From IMG/VR virus record IMGVR_UViG_3300011423_000138, positions 1-24,723 of that record: a stretch of 24,723 bases of DNA; one strand, given 5' to 3'. The notes below the pieces were generated by a model. It worked only from the letters and a program-made list of their open reading frames with translations. It did no database searches and had not been told where the DNA came from. Positions 10,401-18,443 of the stretch are shown one piece after another. Position 1 is the first letter of the stretch. Each line of letters starts with the position of its first letter. This DNA is from a virus. Lineage: Duplodnaviria; Caudoviricetes. A program made the translations under genes and the position numbers.

Positions 10401-10525
10401 GATATTTTTACATTCTCGTATTTTTTGAGATTGGCGTGCAAATCTTCAACTATTTTCAATACTCGTTTGGCTTGAGCGTCAAGCTCCTGTTCATTAAAAC
10501 CAACCGACAATAGATTTTCTGCCAT
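7409..10525 (-). CDS. Tape measure protein
   Basis: 1038 aa, Ala/Glu/Lys-rich helical, hydrophobic Gly/Ala stretches, C-terminal YAQGG...GEAGLE motif, position after the tail genes. Confidence 0.9.
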   Translation of the reverse strand: MAENLLSVGFNEQELDAQAKRVLKIVEDLHANLKKYENVKISPIDISGLQQLTASIKEQQGALSGLQSSVAKLSLAMDDMGKKTKIANTALSGTSKSAKDATNAINANTSATTKNTQAHINNGKKIAENDSSFKKLKQSVKDLEAALAESILNKDPKSVKEGLSAQLREANTAVNQVEESIRKAGSGGGMKEMGKALSENLSIVRNLAYILPGLGMAGIFNLAFEAITKAAEALGLFSTKMEKAIEYQNRLTEATNAYNNAISDQADALSQSDKLNVLYYENQLKLIQSQGASYEQQKEAIDNLNKAKKEAADATVQDLGATYEEAAKLNTQILSASNQRLVITEKILKTNEALKKKQAEPLQIQGIATTAVKKAGEVAGIEATLDFLNKELEVFDNQTSAAKKRYDDISGALVAQIAANTATQEEGLKRQKYYSEEERKIILSNAEKNIKTAMTASEMILDNQLSSEEERINALSAIAEQENAMADAKYQYVITNANATHAELIEAENTYAETSATIEKNRAKKTATVIRDFYLKRTEMIFLANEAEIRVTQLTQKKVYENEENSYEDRIEGLTKYIAARREANKQQYDKDLQVAKDTLPAEQFILKKRQLDAQRKANDADVENDIRKQSYDIAVSWFNKQVDLVKQQADLNESIQEDEATQELLKLNQQYANKEISFKEYQENLKKIEIKNRNEINAARVVDDKEELTRLQGLEQEAQNKLTGATVSAFMAPGSRSRGNLEGARANYEKARKLRIDSGKQLSKDQLKEQQDLNAGSIDLDKQHEDYIKQRNAAYAQLAEDGLNMIKDLTDQAFDARMEQIEEESEARQRALDLELEAIERSTISAKEKNAYEVQLNAQKMAMEEEAARKIRKLKHDQAVFDKEVAIAQIISGTAVAVVNALKVPGAGIGLAIAVGAMGAIELATALATKIPAYAQGGIHKGGDALFGEAGLEFVKQPDGRSWIADKPTIKHLPAGTELIPLYKIPSFPEKQNDSWAQTMYLGKQIQKSKREIKNIFKPKINIDISKQLYANRIIHG

Positions 10526-10526
10526 A

Positions 10527-11114
10527 TTATCTTGTTTTAAGTCTTTCAGCCGTTAATCTCGTTGTTTCATCTTGAACTTGTTTAATCATTAAAGCGAGTT
10601 CTTCAACAGTTGTTTTTTCTCTATCAATTCTGTATCCCTCTTTGTTAAAAGAATTAAGCATCCTTATAAAGTCGTGGCGAGATTGAATTTCAGGCTTATC
10701 TTCTTTTTTAGCATCACGAAGTTGTGTAAACTCGAATTCTTTTCTACGCAATTCAAGTTCCTTCGTTCTTGTCATACTCGAAATCCTATTCATTTGAGCA
10801 ATGAATTTCTTTTCATCTCCTTCCCATTTTATTTTGTGTCCGATATTCTCAAACACTTCGAATCCTTCAATATATGGGACTTTAAAATGTTCCAAAAATA
10901 TCAATTGCGCCCAAACTAAAACTTTCGAAGTATATATTCTATTTTTTAAATAGTTTATATAAGTGAACAGCTCAAATTCTTTTGAATTGTAAAGTCCGGT
11001 GAGGTCTATGTATTCCGAATAGACAATATCAAAATCTTCCTTAGTTAAGTTAGTGAAATCATGATTAAACCAACATTGCATGAAGATTTCTATATTTACT
11101 TTTTCGCATTTCAT
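10527..11114 (-). CDS. Hypothetical protein, possible tail assembly chaperone
   Basis: ORF 10527..11168, likely start MKCEK at 11114. Helical protein immediately upstream of the tape measure; function inferred from position only. Confidence 0.5.
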   Translation of the reverse strand: MKCEKVNIEIFMQCWFNHDFTNLTKEDFDIVYSEYIDLTGLYNSKEFELFTYINYLKNRIYTSKVLVWAQLIFLEHFKVPYIEGFEVFENIGHKIKWEGDEKKFIAQMNRISSMTRTKELELRRKEFEFTQLRDAKKEDKPEIQSRHDFIRMLNSFNKEGYRIDREKTTVEELALMIKQVQDETTRLTAERLKTR

Positions 11115-11148
11115 AGAACAGCCTTTACCACAAAAGAAAAATACCAAA

Positions 11149-11622
11149 TCACTTTTCGAAGAGTTCATCTATCGTATTCTGTAAGTCCGGCGCTATTTTA
11201 TTCTGAAATAAAAACCGCTCTGATTCAGGACTAAGTTCGATAATGTCAGGTCCACTCCTTCCTTTAATAATCTCAATTAATGGAGAGCGACTCCTGATTT
11301 CAAATTCGCCATTATCGTAAACAAAGACATATAAAGAGCGATAGAAGTTTCCAGTCATAAAATTGGTTACATGACTTATAATAGAAGCAAGTCCGCCCAT
11401 TTTACTTTTCTTCAATATAGTATTAGGAGCATAATGTGTTCTGGTTTCTCCCTTCCACGTTAAGTACACAGGCTCTCCGTTACCATCAAATCCTCTCGCT
11501 AATTGATTCTGAACCATCTTTACTATTTCGGCTCTTTCGATAGTAATTTCCTTTTTCATTTCCTGTTTAGCAAGAAATCCTTTTAGCCTCTTTTCTACCA
11601 TTTCAAACCCCTTGAATGACAT
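11149..11622 (-). CDS. Putative tail completion/virion morphogenesis protein (HK97 gp10-like)
   Basis: Likely start MSFKG at 11622, because the longer ORF crosses a terminator. Contains a TGNFYRS motif and an N-terminal helix typical of this family. Confidence 0.55.
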   Translation of the reverse strand: MSFKGFEMVEKRLKGFLAKQEMKKEITIERAEIVKMVQNQLARGFDGNGEPVYLTWKGETRTHYAPNTILKKSKMGGLASIISHVTNFMTGNFYRSLYVFVYDNGEFEIRSRSPLIEIIKGRSGPDIIELSPESERFLFQNKIAPDLQNTIDELFEK

Positions 11623-11643
11623 GGCATAAATTTTAGAAACTTT

Positions 11644-11675
11644 AAAAAGAGCGTACCGCATTTCTGGGTACGCTC
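11644..11675 (-). terminator. Intrinsic terminator after the major tail gene
   Basis: Minus strand GAGCGTACC-N9-GGTACGCTC followed by TTTTT. Confidence 0.8.
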
Positions 11676-11702
11676 CCAATTTAAAAACAGGCAAAAGCAA
11701 AA

Positions 11703-12632
11703 CTATGGAACAGCGACAGTAACAGGCGAAATTTCAACTCCGTAAATGTCTCCAGTTGCCAAAGAAGAAGGAATCGGAGCTTCAACTGTGTAACTCGTAG
11801 CCGCAGTGAATGTACCAGTAAGTTCTATATTAGAACCAACTACGGCAGCGGTAACAGGAACATCAACTCCAGTTGTTGCGTTTGTAACTACAATTCCAGG
11901 AGTTAAAGCAACGAGGTCAGCTCCGTACTCGCCAGTTACATCATCCATGCAACACTCGTCTACCAAACCAACAATCAACTTGGTAATAGTATGAGGACCT
12001 ACATCTGTAAAAGTAAGATCAAGAAGACCCATCAAATCCAGAAGTGGAGCTGCATCGTTCAGCATAACTGCATTGTCTACAAAATAATCAGGCATATAAC
12101 CTATCTGGAAATAGGACTTTGCCGGATTCTTCAGGTCGGACATATCTATCGCAGGAGCGAACAGAGAAGCTTTCAGACCGCCGTAAGTTCCGTCATGGTT
12201 GTCTTTACACACAAGGTTTCCCTTGATGTCTACTTCCATGACTCTCAAATCGGCATTGTTGAAGCTCTTCAGAACCTTGGCAAAGCAGAGTCCACCGTCT
12301 GTAGTCGAAAACAGTTTTGCGTACTGGGTATAAGAAACGAAAATGATTTCTCCGTTGTCAAGGGTAACTGTGTTGTCAGTTCCCTTCGTGTTTACTATCC
12401 CGCTTATTGGAATCTGATTCCCGAACAGCGGATAAACCTTGTCAGGCGCATCTGCGTGTACCCACTCGGTAAAGGCGGAGAGAATATCCGGATTGTTTAA
12501 GTCAGCAAGTGTGAACTTGAACTTTTTATCGCAGATAATCAACATAGCCGTTGCCGCAGGAAACAAGTTAGAACCAGTGCCTGTGTTTTTTATTTGTGAG
12601 CTTGAAGTACAAGCTCTTATTACTGCACTCAT
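11703..12632 (-). CDS. Major tail (tube) protein
   Basis: 309 aa, beta-rich, placed between head-tail genes and the tape measure, followed by a terminator. Thr/Val-rich C-terminal extension may be Ig-like. Confidence 0.7.
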   Translation of the reverse strand: MSAVIRACTSSSQIKNTGTGSNLFPAATAMLIICDKKFKFTLADLNNPDILSAFTEWVHADAPDKVYPLFGNQIPISGIVNTKGTDNTVTLDNGEIIFVSYTQYAKLFSTTDGGLCFAKVLKSFNNADLRVMEVDIKGNLVCKDNHDGTYGGLKASLFAPAIDMSDLKNPAKSYFQIGYMPDYFVDNAVMLNDAAPLLDLMGLLDLTFTDVGPHTITKLIVGLVDECCMDDVTGEYGADLVALTPGIVVTNATTGVDVPVTAAVVGSNIELTGTFTAATSYTVEAPIPSSLATGDIYGVEISPVTVAVP

Positions 12633-13145
12633 TTAACAATATTTTGTCGAGTTAATTAAAAATTGTACGTTATCCAAGTTAATGCAATCTACGAAGTCAT
12701 TGATACCACTTATAGGAGAAGCTCCCATTACGTCTACCTTTGTGTGAACAATAGAGTTAGGGTCTTTAGAACTCATGTGATGGTCTTTAGCGAAGTTTGA
12801 CAAGAATGTCTCGTAAACAGGATAGAGAATCGGCTTGAAAGTTTTCTGATAGCGAACCATTGGCTCGTCATCTGAATTAGTTAATGTAGCAATCGTAATT
12901 CTACGAAGTGTAACATCAGCGTAAAGACCAGTTTCACCACGTCTCTCGATAAAAGGCATATAGAGCGCAAGCAATACATACTTCATACCCTTGAGTGAAA
13001 CGCTTTCGTCTTTATCTTTCAAGTTTTTGACAATATCAAGAAAATCACCATAGACATAGTTGATATGAATACCAAGTTCTTCGGCAGTATGCAATGCTGC
13101 ATCTCCTATAATGTCTACGATAAAAACGCTGTCTTGCTTTTTCAT
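12633..13145 (-). CDS. Putative tail terminator/head-tail joining protein
   Basis: 170 aa, position and size only. Confidence 0.5.
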   Translation of the reverse strand: MKKQDSVFIVDIIGDAALHTAEELGIHINYVYGDFLDIVKNLKDKDESVSLKGMKYVLLALYMPFIERRGETGLYADVTLRRITIATLTNSDDEPMVRYQKTFKPILYPVYETFLSNFAKDHHMSSKDPNSIVHTKVDVMGASPISGINDFVDCINLDNVQFLINSTKYC

Positions 13146-13654
13146 TAGATGTCAAACTCATTTATAACCCTGAACTGCCAAAGATTAACATTGCTCCATT
13201 CTGGATAATCAACTTTGTTGACTTCCATGAAAGTACAGAACTCCGTTACCTGATGAGAGAACATATTCCACACCTCAGTCATTTTTAGTGAAATCGGCAT
13301 TACTTCGGTAGCATCTCCCTTAGCTCTTACTGTTCCAACCCCACTATTCCAGACGTGCTTGTCTTTTAGCCACCATGTATAAACATAGTAAGCAATCAGA
13401 CTTCCATCTACGGTAGGTGATATGGCGTAAACAAGTCCACGCCATTCTTTAGTGCCACTTACCAAATCAGTAAAACGTCTTTCTGACGGGTCGTCTTTGT
13501 AAGCCTTATAGAGTTCATACCCAAGAAGTTTCAAAAGCAATTCCTCTTCATATTTTGCTATGAAAAGTTCAAGACTTTCAGCAACCTCTGGTTTTGAAGT
13601 ATTTGGAATGTTTATCTCTCCAACAAAAAAAGTAGTATCAATTAGATTAGGCAT
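13145..13654 (-). CDS. Putative head-tail adaptor/connector
   Basis: 169 aa helical protein following the capsid gene; translationally coupled to the next gene. Confidence 0.55.
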   Translation of the reverse strand: MPNLIDTTFFVGEINIPNTSKPEVAESLELFIAKYEEELLLKLLGYELYKAYKDDPSERRFTDLVSGTKEWRGLVYAISPTVDGSLIAYYVYTWWLKDKHVWNSGVGTVRAKGDATEVMPISLKMTEVWNMFSHQVTEFCTFMEVNKVDYPEWSNVNLWQFRVINEFDI

Positions 13655-13671
13655 TGCATCAACTTTATTAG

Positions 13672-13869
13672 TTATTCATCATCTTCAGGAGCTTCGTAAC
13701 CTTCCGGCTCTTCTTCTGTGGCAAACCCTTTTGATATAAGGTGCTTTGCCATATCGGGATGAGCCTTAAAAGCTTTTCCTTGCTCGTGATGCTTGTTTAT
13801 TTCAGTAGGAAACAGGGTTACGAACTGTTCTTTATAGTTCGCAAGTGTTACCTTTTTTTCTTTTGCCAT
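13672..13869 (-). CDS. Small hypothetical protein after the capsid gene
   Basis: 65 aa with AxHLIxKGxA motif and acidic tail, typical of small genes that follow MCP. Confidence 0.65.
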   Translation of the reverse strand: MAKEKKVTLANYKEQFVTLFPTEINKHHEQGKAFKAHPDMAKHLISKGFATEEEPEGYEAPEDDE

Positions 13870-13910
13870 TGCTATATTTTTTGAAAGTTACGAAATAAAA
13901 GTTTTGAAGA

Positions 13911-15278
13911 TTAAGGAATGACTGGCGTTTCAATAGCAGCAAGAACATTGGCGAAACTGTCATAGACAAAAGCGCCAGTGTATGCGTCATTGAAGAACTG
14001 GTGAATCGCCATCTCACCCAAGTACGTAATCAAGTTCTTGGTAAAGTCGTCATTCTCCCATCCGAAAGTGATGAACAAAGGTTTGAAAATCAGGACTCTG
14101 TAGTACCGCAGGAATCCCGCAAGGAAAAATCCTACCGGAATTGAAGGGTCTTCGATAACACGAGCACCGGAGATTGACTTGCCATCAGCGGATACAAAAC
14201 TCGGCAACATATAGACTCCGCTATCTGTCGCTTTTGCCATATCCATGTTTGCAGAGTCAACCGGATTAATCAGGATAGTTATGTCTCCCTGAATGTTACC
14301 ATTTCTCAACTGGGCAATGGCTGCTCTCAAAGCATCCATGTAAGTTGGATTGGAAGTCGAGATTCCAGTTTGCGTGTACGCTACAGAAAGATTTGTGATA
14401 CCAGTTGGCTCTGTAGCTGAACCAACATTTGTAACGAGTGCAGAATTGAGCTTGATAAGAATTTGGTAGCGAATTTCATCTTTGATGAGTGTCTCCATTC
14501 CCTTCACATCCCACAGAAGTTCGACAGCAACCTTATCGGTAGCGGCGATTTTCTTGTAGTTGGAAATGTTAGTATCCAACTGGAAAGAAATGGCAGGTTT
14601 CAAAACTCCAGGTCCTACGAAGCCGGCAGCTCCCTGAACGTTTGTCTTATTCACCCATCCGTAAGCGGGTTGGTCTGTAGAACCTTTTGTGAGCATATCC
14701 CAGAAAGTAGGCTGTGGGCGAACTGGGTCATTGATAGTTGACTCGTAGAAAGGAACAGGAATAACACTTCCGGCAGTGTAAGTGTTTGCAGGTAACATCG
14801 GAACATTTGCAACTCTTATTTCAAGAGCTTCGAGATTCATTTTCTTTTTGTTCCTGATACCATCCAAAGACTCTTTGTTGTCTTTCTGCCATTTTTCAAT
14901 CTGACCACGAAGCGTCAGTTCCCTTCCATTTGAACCGGCAGCGCGAGTTTCGAGTTCAATCATCTTCGCATCAATAGCGGCAAAACGAGCAATGACTCCT
15001 GTCTTGTCATCGCACAAAGAACGAACATTCTCCACAGGGAATTTCTTCCATGCTTCAGACATTGTTTCAAACTCTTTGTACAGAGCGTCATTTTTCAGTT
15101 CAGCTTTTGCAGCGGCACGAACCTCAACGAGAAGCTGTTTTTTCGCTTCTTCATCATCTTTATCACTTCCACCACCGCCTTCTGCGAAACGAGCGTGTCT
15201 TATCGCAGGGTGTCTTTTGCTGACAAAGGGAACAAACTTTTTCTGATTTCCACAAAAGGAAATATATTCTCTTTTCAT
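13911..15278 (-). CDS. Major capsid protein, HK97 fold, with N-terminal scaffold (delta) region
   Basis: Coiled-coil N-terminus, then AGSVIP, A.FV.PG..KP, KKIAA...V..ELL.D, EPTGI, INP.D, F.KNL motifs. ATGA overlap with the protease gene. Confidence 0.92.
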   Translation of the reverse strand: MKREYISFCGNQKKFVPFVSKRHPAIRHARFAEGGGGSDKDDEEAKKQLLVEVRAAAKAELKNDALYKEFETMSEAWKKFPVENVRSLCDDKTGVIARFAAIDAKMIELETRAAGSNGRELTLRGQIEKWQKDNKESLDGIRNKKKMNLEALEIRVANVPMLPANTYTAGSVIPVPFYESTINDPVRPQPTFWDMLTKGSTDQPAYGWVNKTNVQGAAGFVGPGVLKPAISFQLDTNISNYKKIAATDKVAVELLWDVKGMETLIKDEIRYQILIKLNSALVTNVGSATEPTGITNLSVAYTQTGISTSNPTYMDALRAAIAQLRNGNIQGDITILINPVDSANMDMAKATDSGVYMLPSFVSADGKSISGARVIEDPSIPVGFFLAGFLRYYRVLIFKPLFITFGWENDDFTKNLITYLGEMAIHQFFNDAYTGAFVYDSFANVLAAIETPVIP

Positions 15279-16030
15279 TTTTTAAAATTTTGAAGTAAGT
15301 AATTATAATCAACGACCTTACTCGGCTTCCTTTCATTGAGTGTCGTTCCACGTTGGTTAGACGGCTCTGTTTCCAGAAGTGATTTGTGTCGAGCAAATAG
15401 TGTTCGGGCTTCGAGTTGGTCTTTGCGCGGGAGACATTTAATAAACGCTTCCATCTCTTCGTTTAAATCTTCCAACGCATCTGTCTTGTCCTGCTTGTTA
15501 CGCAGAGCATGAGTGAAAGGGTCTGCTGCCATAGAAACTGGGCTTATCTCGTACAGCTCCATTTCCATTATAATAAGACTATCGTTCTTCTCATCGTACT
15601 CCATTTTGTCCCACACAAAATTGAATCCAATTGAGAAGTTATCGACAGTCTTATTACGAAGGTGAACAAGCATCTTATCTGCGTAGTCCACTTCGTCAAA
15701 AGGCGTACTACGGAAATACAATCCGCCATCGTCCTCTTCCAGCCTTTCAAATAAAGCCAGAGGCTCTCTCGTATTGTGGAAGTTGAACATCTTAATTGGC
15801 ATCTTGGCGTTGCTTTTAGGACCTCGCTCATTAATGCTTTTAGTGGCGCAACCTTTCATAAAGACTTCACCGTAGTCATTCTTGTTACCCCACGTAACTC
15901 CATAACCTGCCACTATACGGTTATCAAAGTCGCTAACGATGCCTTCAAGTTGAACATCAGTTGCTCTTGAATAACTAATCGGAGCTGCTCTTTTCTTCAG
16001 TTCCGCAATCTTTGGGTGAAGTGTCTTCAT
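15275..16030 (-). CDS. HK97-family prohead protease
   Basis: VAGYG, D.YGEVF.KG, FNFHN (His), FSIGF (Ser) and LYEISPV motifs. Confidence 0.93.
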   Translation of the reverse strand: MKTLHPKIAELKKRAAPISYSRATDVQLEGIVSDFDNRIVAGYGVTWGNKNDYGEVFMKGCATKSINERGPKSNAKMPIKMFNFHNTREPLALFERLEEDDGGLYFRSTPFDEVDYADKMLVHLRNKTVDNFSIGFNFVWDKMEYDEKNDSLIIMEMELYEISPVSMAADPFTHALRNKQDKTDALEDLNEEMEAFIKCLPRKDQLEARTLFARHKSLLETEPSNQRGTTLNERKPSKVVDYNYLLQNFKK

Positions 16031-16212
16031 TATAATGAATTTTGTTCTCGTTGTCTGCGTTCAAATTCAAGTTTCTGTTCAATCTCTAATTCTTTTTGAT
16101 ACTGTTGATGAATAAGCATATTCTCTTTCCGCTCATTTTCAATCAACCTTTCTCTTATTGTCTTTTGCAAAAGCCACAATTTTGTTTCTCCATCAATCCA
16201 TTTATCTTTCAT
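16030..16212 (-). CDS. Small hypothetical protein (cassette 3, 60 aa, charged coiled coil)
   Basis: Start MKDKW directly after the repeated AGCAAAACACATGAT leader; stop overlaps the protease ATG. Confidence 0.6.
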   Translation of the reverse strand: MKDKWIDGETKLWLLQKTIRERLIENERKENMLIHQQYQKELEIEQKLEFERRQREQNSL

Positions 16213-16225
16213 ATCATGTGTTTTG

Positions 16226-16405
16226 CTATATGTTATATCGTTCACCCGCCATAGCATTCTCAACCATTCTTTTATCTGCAATCATGGTTTTGAGATAATT
16301 AACCTGCGATGCTACGTAGTCATCAATCAAAGCCATAACGTGAGGTAAATCCCTACTACTGTGCAGATATAACGTTAAAGCATTTTCAAGTTCGTATCTG
16401 TTCAT
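16226..16405 (-). CDS. Small hypothetical protein (cassette 2, 59 aa)
   Basis: Start MNRYE directly after the repeated leader; its stop lies at the edge of the next repeat copy. Confidence 0.6.
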   Translation of the reverse strand: MNRYELENALTLYLHSSRDLPHVMALIDDYVASQVNYLKTMIADKRMVENAMAGERYNI

Positions 16406-16421
16406 ATTATGTGTTTTGCTG

Positions 16422-16568
16422 TTACCAGCCGCCCAATTCAACTATTCTGTTATGTAATGCTGAAATATAAAAACCAAAACAATCACAAGAATATCTGCCC
16501 CATAGTTGCTGACACTTTTCATATTCTTGTAACAACTCTTGCTTTGTTGCTTTTTCAATATCTATCAT
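16422..16568 (-). CDS. Small hypothetical protein (cassette 1, 48 aa)
   Basis: Hand translation MIDIEKATKQELLQEYEKCQQLWGRYSCDCFGFYISALHNRIVELGGW*. ATG lies inside the repeat and the stop overlaps the next repeat copy. Confidence 0.55.
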   Translation of the reverse strand: MIDIEKATKQELLQEYEKCQQLWGRYSCDCFGFYISALHNRIVELGGW

Positions 16569-16657
16569 GTGTTTTGCTGTTTAAAGAAGGCGGTTTGTTT
16601 TTGACGGCTGTATCTCATCCGCCGCGATTTCTGCTTTAACGCTTACTTCTTGCCTTC

Positions 16658-18013
16658 TTAATTATTTACATTTGGGTCAACTGGCTCTGGAGCTGCAACT
16701 TCTACTTTAGGCGCAGTATAATAAACATCTCCATCTTCAACGGTATCATATTCAAGCGCCTGAAGGTATTGATTTTTAGTAATAAGCCCTGACTTATATT
16801 GAAGGTCTAATGCTTCAGTTCTATATTTCAAACTTTGACCAGCAGCCATAACTGCATCTTGCAGAACAGCTACATCACCATAATAGCAGGTAACATTAGT
16901 CTCAAAATAAGTAGTATATTTAAGCATATCGCGCTTATTCTCTGGAATCGTAACGTTGTTCAGTAGCCAACGTTCAGATGAAGTACGATTTTCATAGGTA
17001 GCATTTTTACCGCTCATAAGTTCGGCAGGATAAGCATAACGGTCTGCTATCATATCTATGCCTTGTCTTATTGTGTTTTTCAAATCCAATTCAACAGCCG
17101 AGAAACTCATTGGATTCCACTTTAAACCATGACGAGTTACAACGTACTGCCATTGCGACAAAGACAAACCGTACATCTGCAAATCATCCTGAATCTCTTT
17201 TTTCTCTTTTGGATTTAAAGGAACATAACCGGCAACTGGGTCTTTTCCTGAATCTTGACTTATAAAACCAAGTGGACCTTTCTTGCGAAGTAATACATTG
17301 TCTGCTTCCATAGCAGCCATTATATTAGATATAGCCCATTCAAGTCCGGCTATTTTAGAAAGCGGTAATCCCATCTCATCAACTGCATTCATGTAGCCAT
17401 CTCTAACAATGAATATTTTACTCGAAGGAATAACTATATCATCTGCATCCATCCAAGACATATCCATGACCCACTCTTTAATTGGATTTGGGCTACGAAT
17501 TAGTGAAAATTTTTCGTTTTTCATAGGTGTTAGCAACAACGGGTTCAAGTTCCAAAAAAAAGTAGCTGTCTTATCAAGCGAAGATGGCATCTCCATAATA
17601 TAAACAGGGCAGTAACCATATACTTTCTTGTATATCATTTGCTGCCCACGAAACTCGTACCAATCTTGCATAGGGTTTGGGTTGAGTAATCTCTTTTTAA
17701 CGGCTTTGCCATAACGAGATGTATCGTAATCGTAGTCGTCTTGCAGTATCTCGACAACTCCGTTTAAATCAGCGTTAGTCTGTCTGTCAATAACTGAAGC
17801 CAAAGGTGAGCAGTAAAGATATGCCCAGTACTGCATCTGTTTGTTTTGTAGATTCTTCCACATTGGAGAATTACCTGTCAAGATAACGTCTCCTTCGCCA
17901 TTATAAGGAATGAAGCCTACATTCGTGTTAGGTATAGCAGTTGCCATACTTCCGAAGATGTTATTAATCGGACTTGTCAAACTTATCATTCCGCCTTCGT
18001 ACTGGTTGCGCAT
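16658..18013 (-). CDS. Portal protein (HK97-like)
   Basis: LLNPNPMQ...F......K.VYG, GLPLS, GPLGFI, IADRYAYPAEL, NATYEN motifs. An alternative start at 17989 gives an ATGA overlap with the upstream ORF. Confidence 0.9.
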   Translation of the reverse strand: MRNQYEGGMISLTSPINNIFGSMATAIPNTNVGFIPYNGEGDVILTGNSPMWKNLQNKQMQYWAYLYCSPLASVIDRQTNADLNGVVEILQDDYDYDTSRYGKAVKKRLLNPNPMQDWYEFRGQQMIYKKVYGYCPVYIMEMPSSLDKTATFFWNLNPLLLTPMKNEKFSLIRSPNPIKEWVMDMSWMDADDIVIPSSKIFIVRDGYMNAVDEMGLPLSKIAGLEWAISNIMAAMEADNVLLRKKGPLGFISQDSGKDPVAGYVPLNPKEKKEIQDDLQMYGLSLSQWQYVVTRHGLKWNPMSFSAVELDLKNTIRQGIDMIADRYAYPAELMSGKNATYENRTSSERWLLNNVTIPENKRDMLKYTTYFETNVTCYYGDVAVLQDAVMAAGQSLKYRTEALDLQYKSGLITKNQYLQALEYDTVEDGDVYYTAPKVEVAAPEPVDPNVNN

Positions 18014-18186
18014 GAAAAATCAAGTTTGCGTAGTATCGCTACTACTTCGTTATTAATTTTCATTATAACTACATCATCAAATGTTAGAACTTCATCACAG
18101 ATACAAAATAGAGAATCTCCATACCAACGTCTCCTGTAAACTTGGAATATTATCTTTGGTTTCTCTGGAAGTTTCTGATTATCCAC
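17986..18186 (-). CDS. Hypothetical protein (66 aa)
   Basis: GTG start within the CCACAAAAG motif; stop overlaps the alternative portal ATG. Confidence 0.45.
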   Translation of the reverse strand: MDNQKLPEKPKIIFQVYRRRWYGDSLFCICDEVLTFDDVVIMKINNEVVAILRKLDFSCATSTKAE

Positions 18187-18275
18187 AAAAGAAAAAATTG
18201 GTTGGATTGATTAGAAAAAGCAACATAGTGTCTCCAGATAGCCGTACCCGTAACAGGTGGAATATAAGAAGAACA

Positions 18276-18443
18276 CTATGTGCCGTTTATAGGTAGAATT
18301 ATACTCAATAACATTATTATAGCTACAACTATAACGAATCCAGTCAATATCTGTTTCCATAGTCTCGGAAGTGGCATATACCAAACCAATCCAAGACATA
18401 GTGCGATTATTAACAGAAATACGAGTAGATTAGTTGGGTTCAT
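18276..18443 (-). CDS. Small two-transmembrane-helix protein (55 aa)
   Basis: Not in the ORF track. MNPTNLLVFLLIIALCLGLVWYMPLPRLWKQILTGFVIVVAIIMLLSIILPINGT*, overlapping the end of the upstream gene. Confidence 0.7.
   Translation of the reverse strand: MNPTNLLVFLLIIALCLGLVWYMPLPRLWKQILTGFVIVVAIIMLLSIILPINGT

Larger units (their letters stand above)
16212..16581 (-). repeat. Three direct repeats (AAC)AGCAAAACACATRATA, each at the start of a mini-gene
   Basis: Copies at 16212-16227, 16405-16423 and 16563-16581. Confidence 0.85.

Noticed and set aside
11114-11168. Programmed -1 frameshift of tail chaperone type
   Set aside because: The downstream ORF is in the +1 frame and has its own ATG, and no canonical XXXYYYZ site links the two frames.
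16212-16581. CRISPR mini-array interpretation of the three repeats
   Set aside because: Repeats are under 20 bp and non-palindromic, the spacers are 140-180 bp open reading frames, and there are no cas genes.
3178-18187. Two perfect DnaA boxes TTATCCACA (3178, 18179)
   Set aside because: They are isolated, 15 kb apart and part of the longer dispersed motif, whose other copies do not match the DnaA consensus. Not an origin.
18211-18399. 62 aa minus-strand ORF from the track
   Set aside because: An overlapping frame (18276..18443) gives a much more protein-like two-TM product coupled to the upstream gene.
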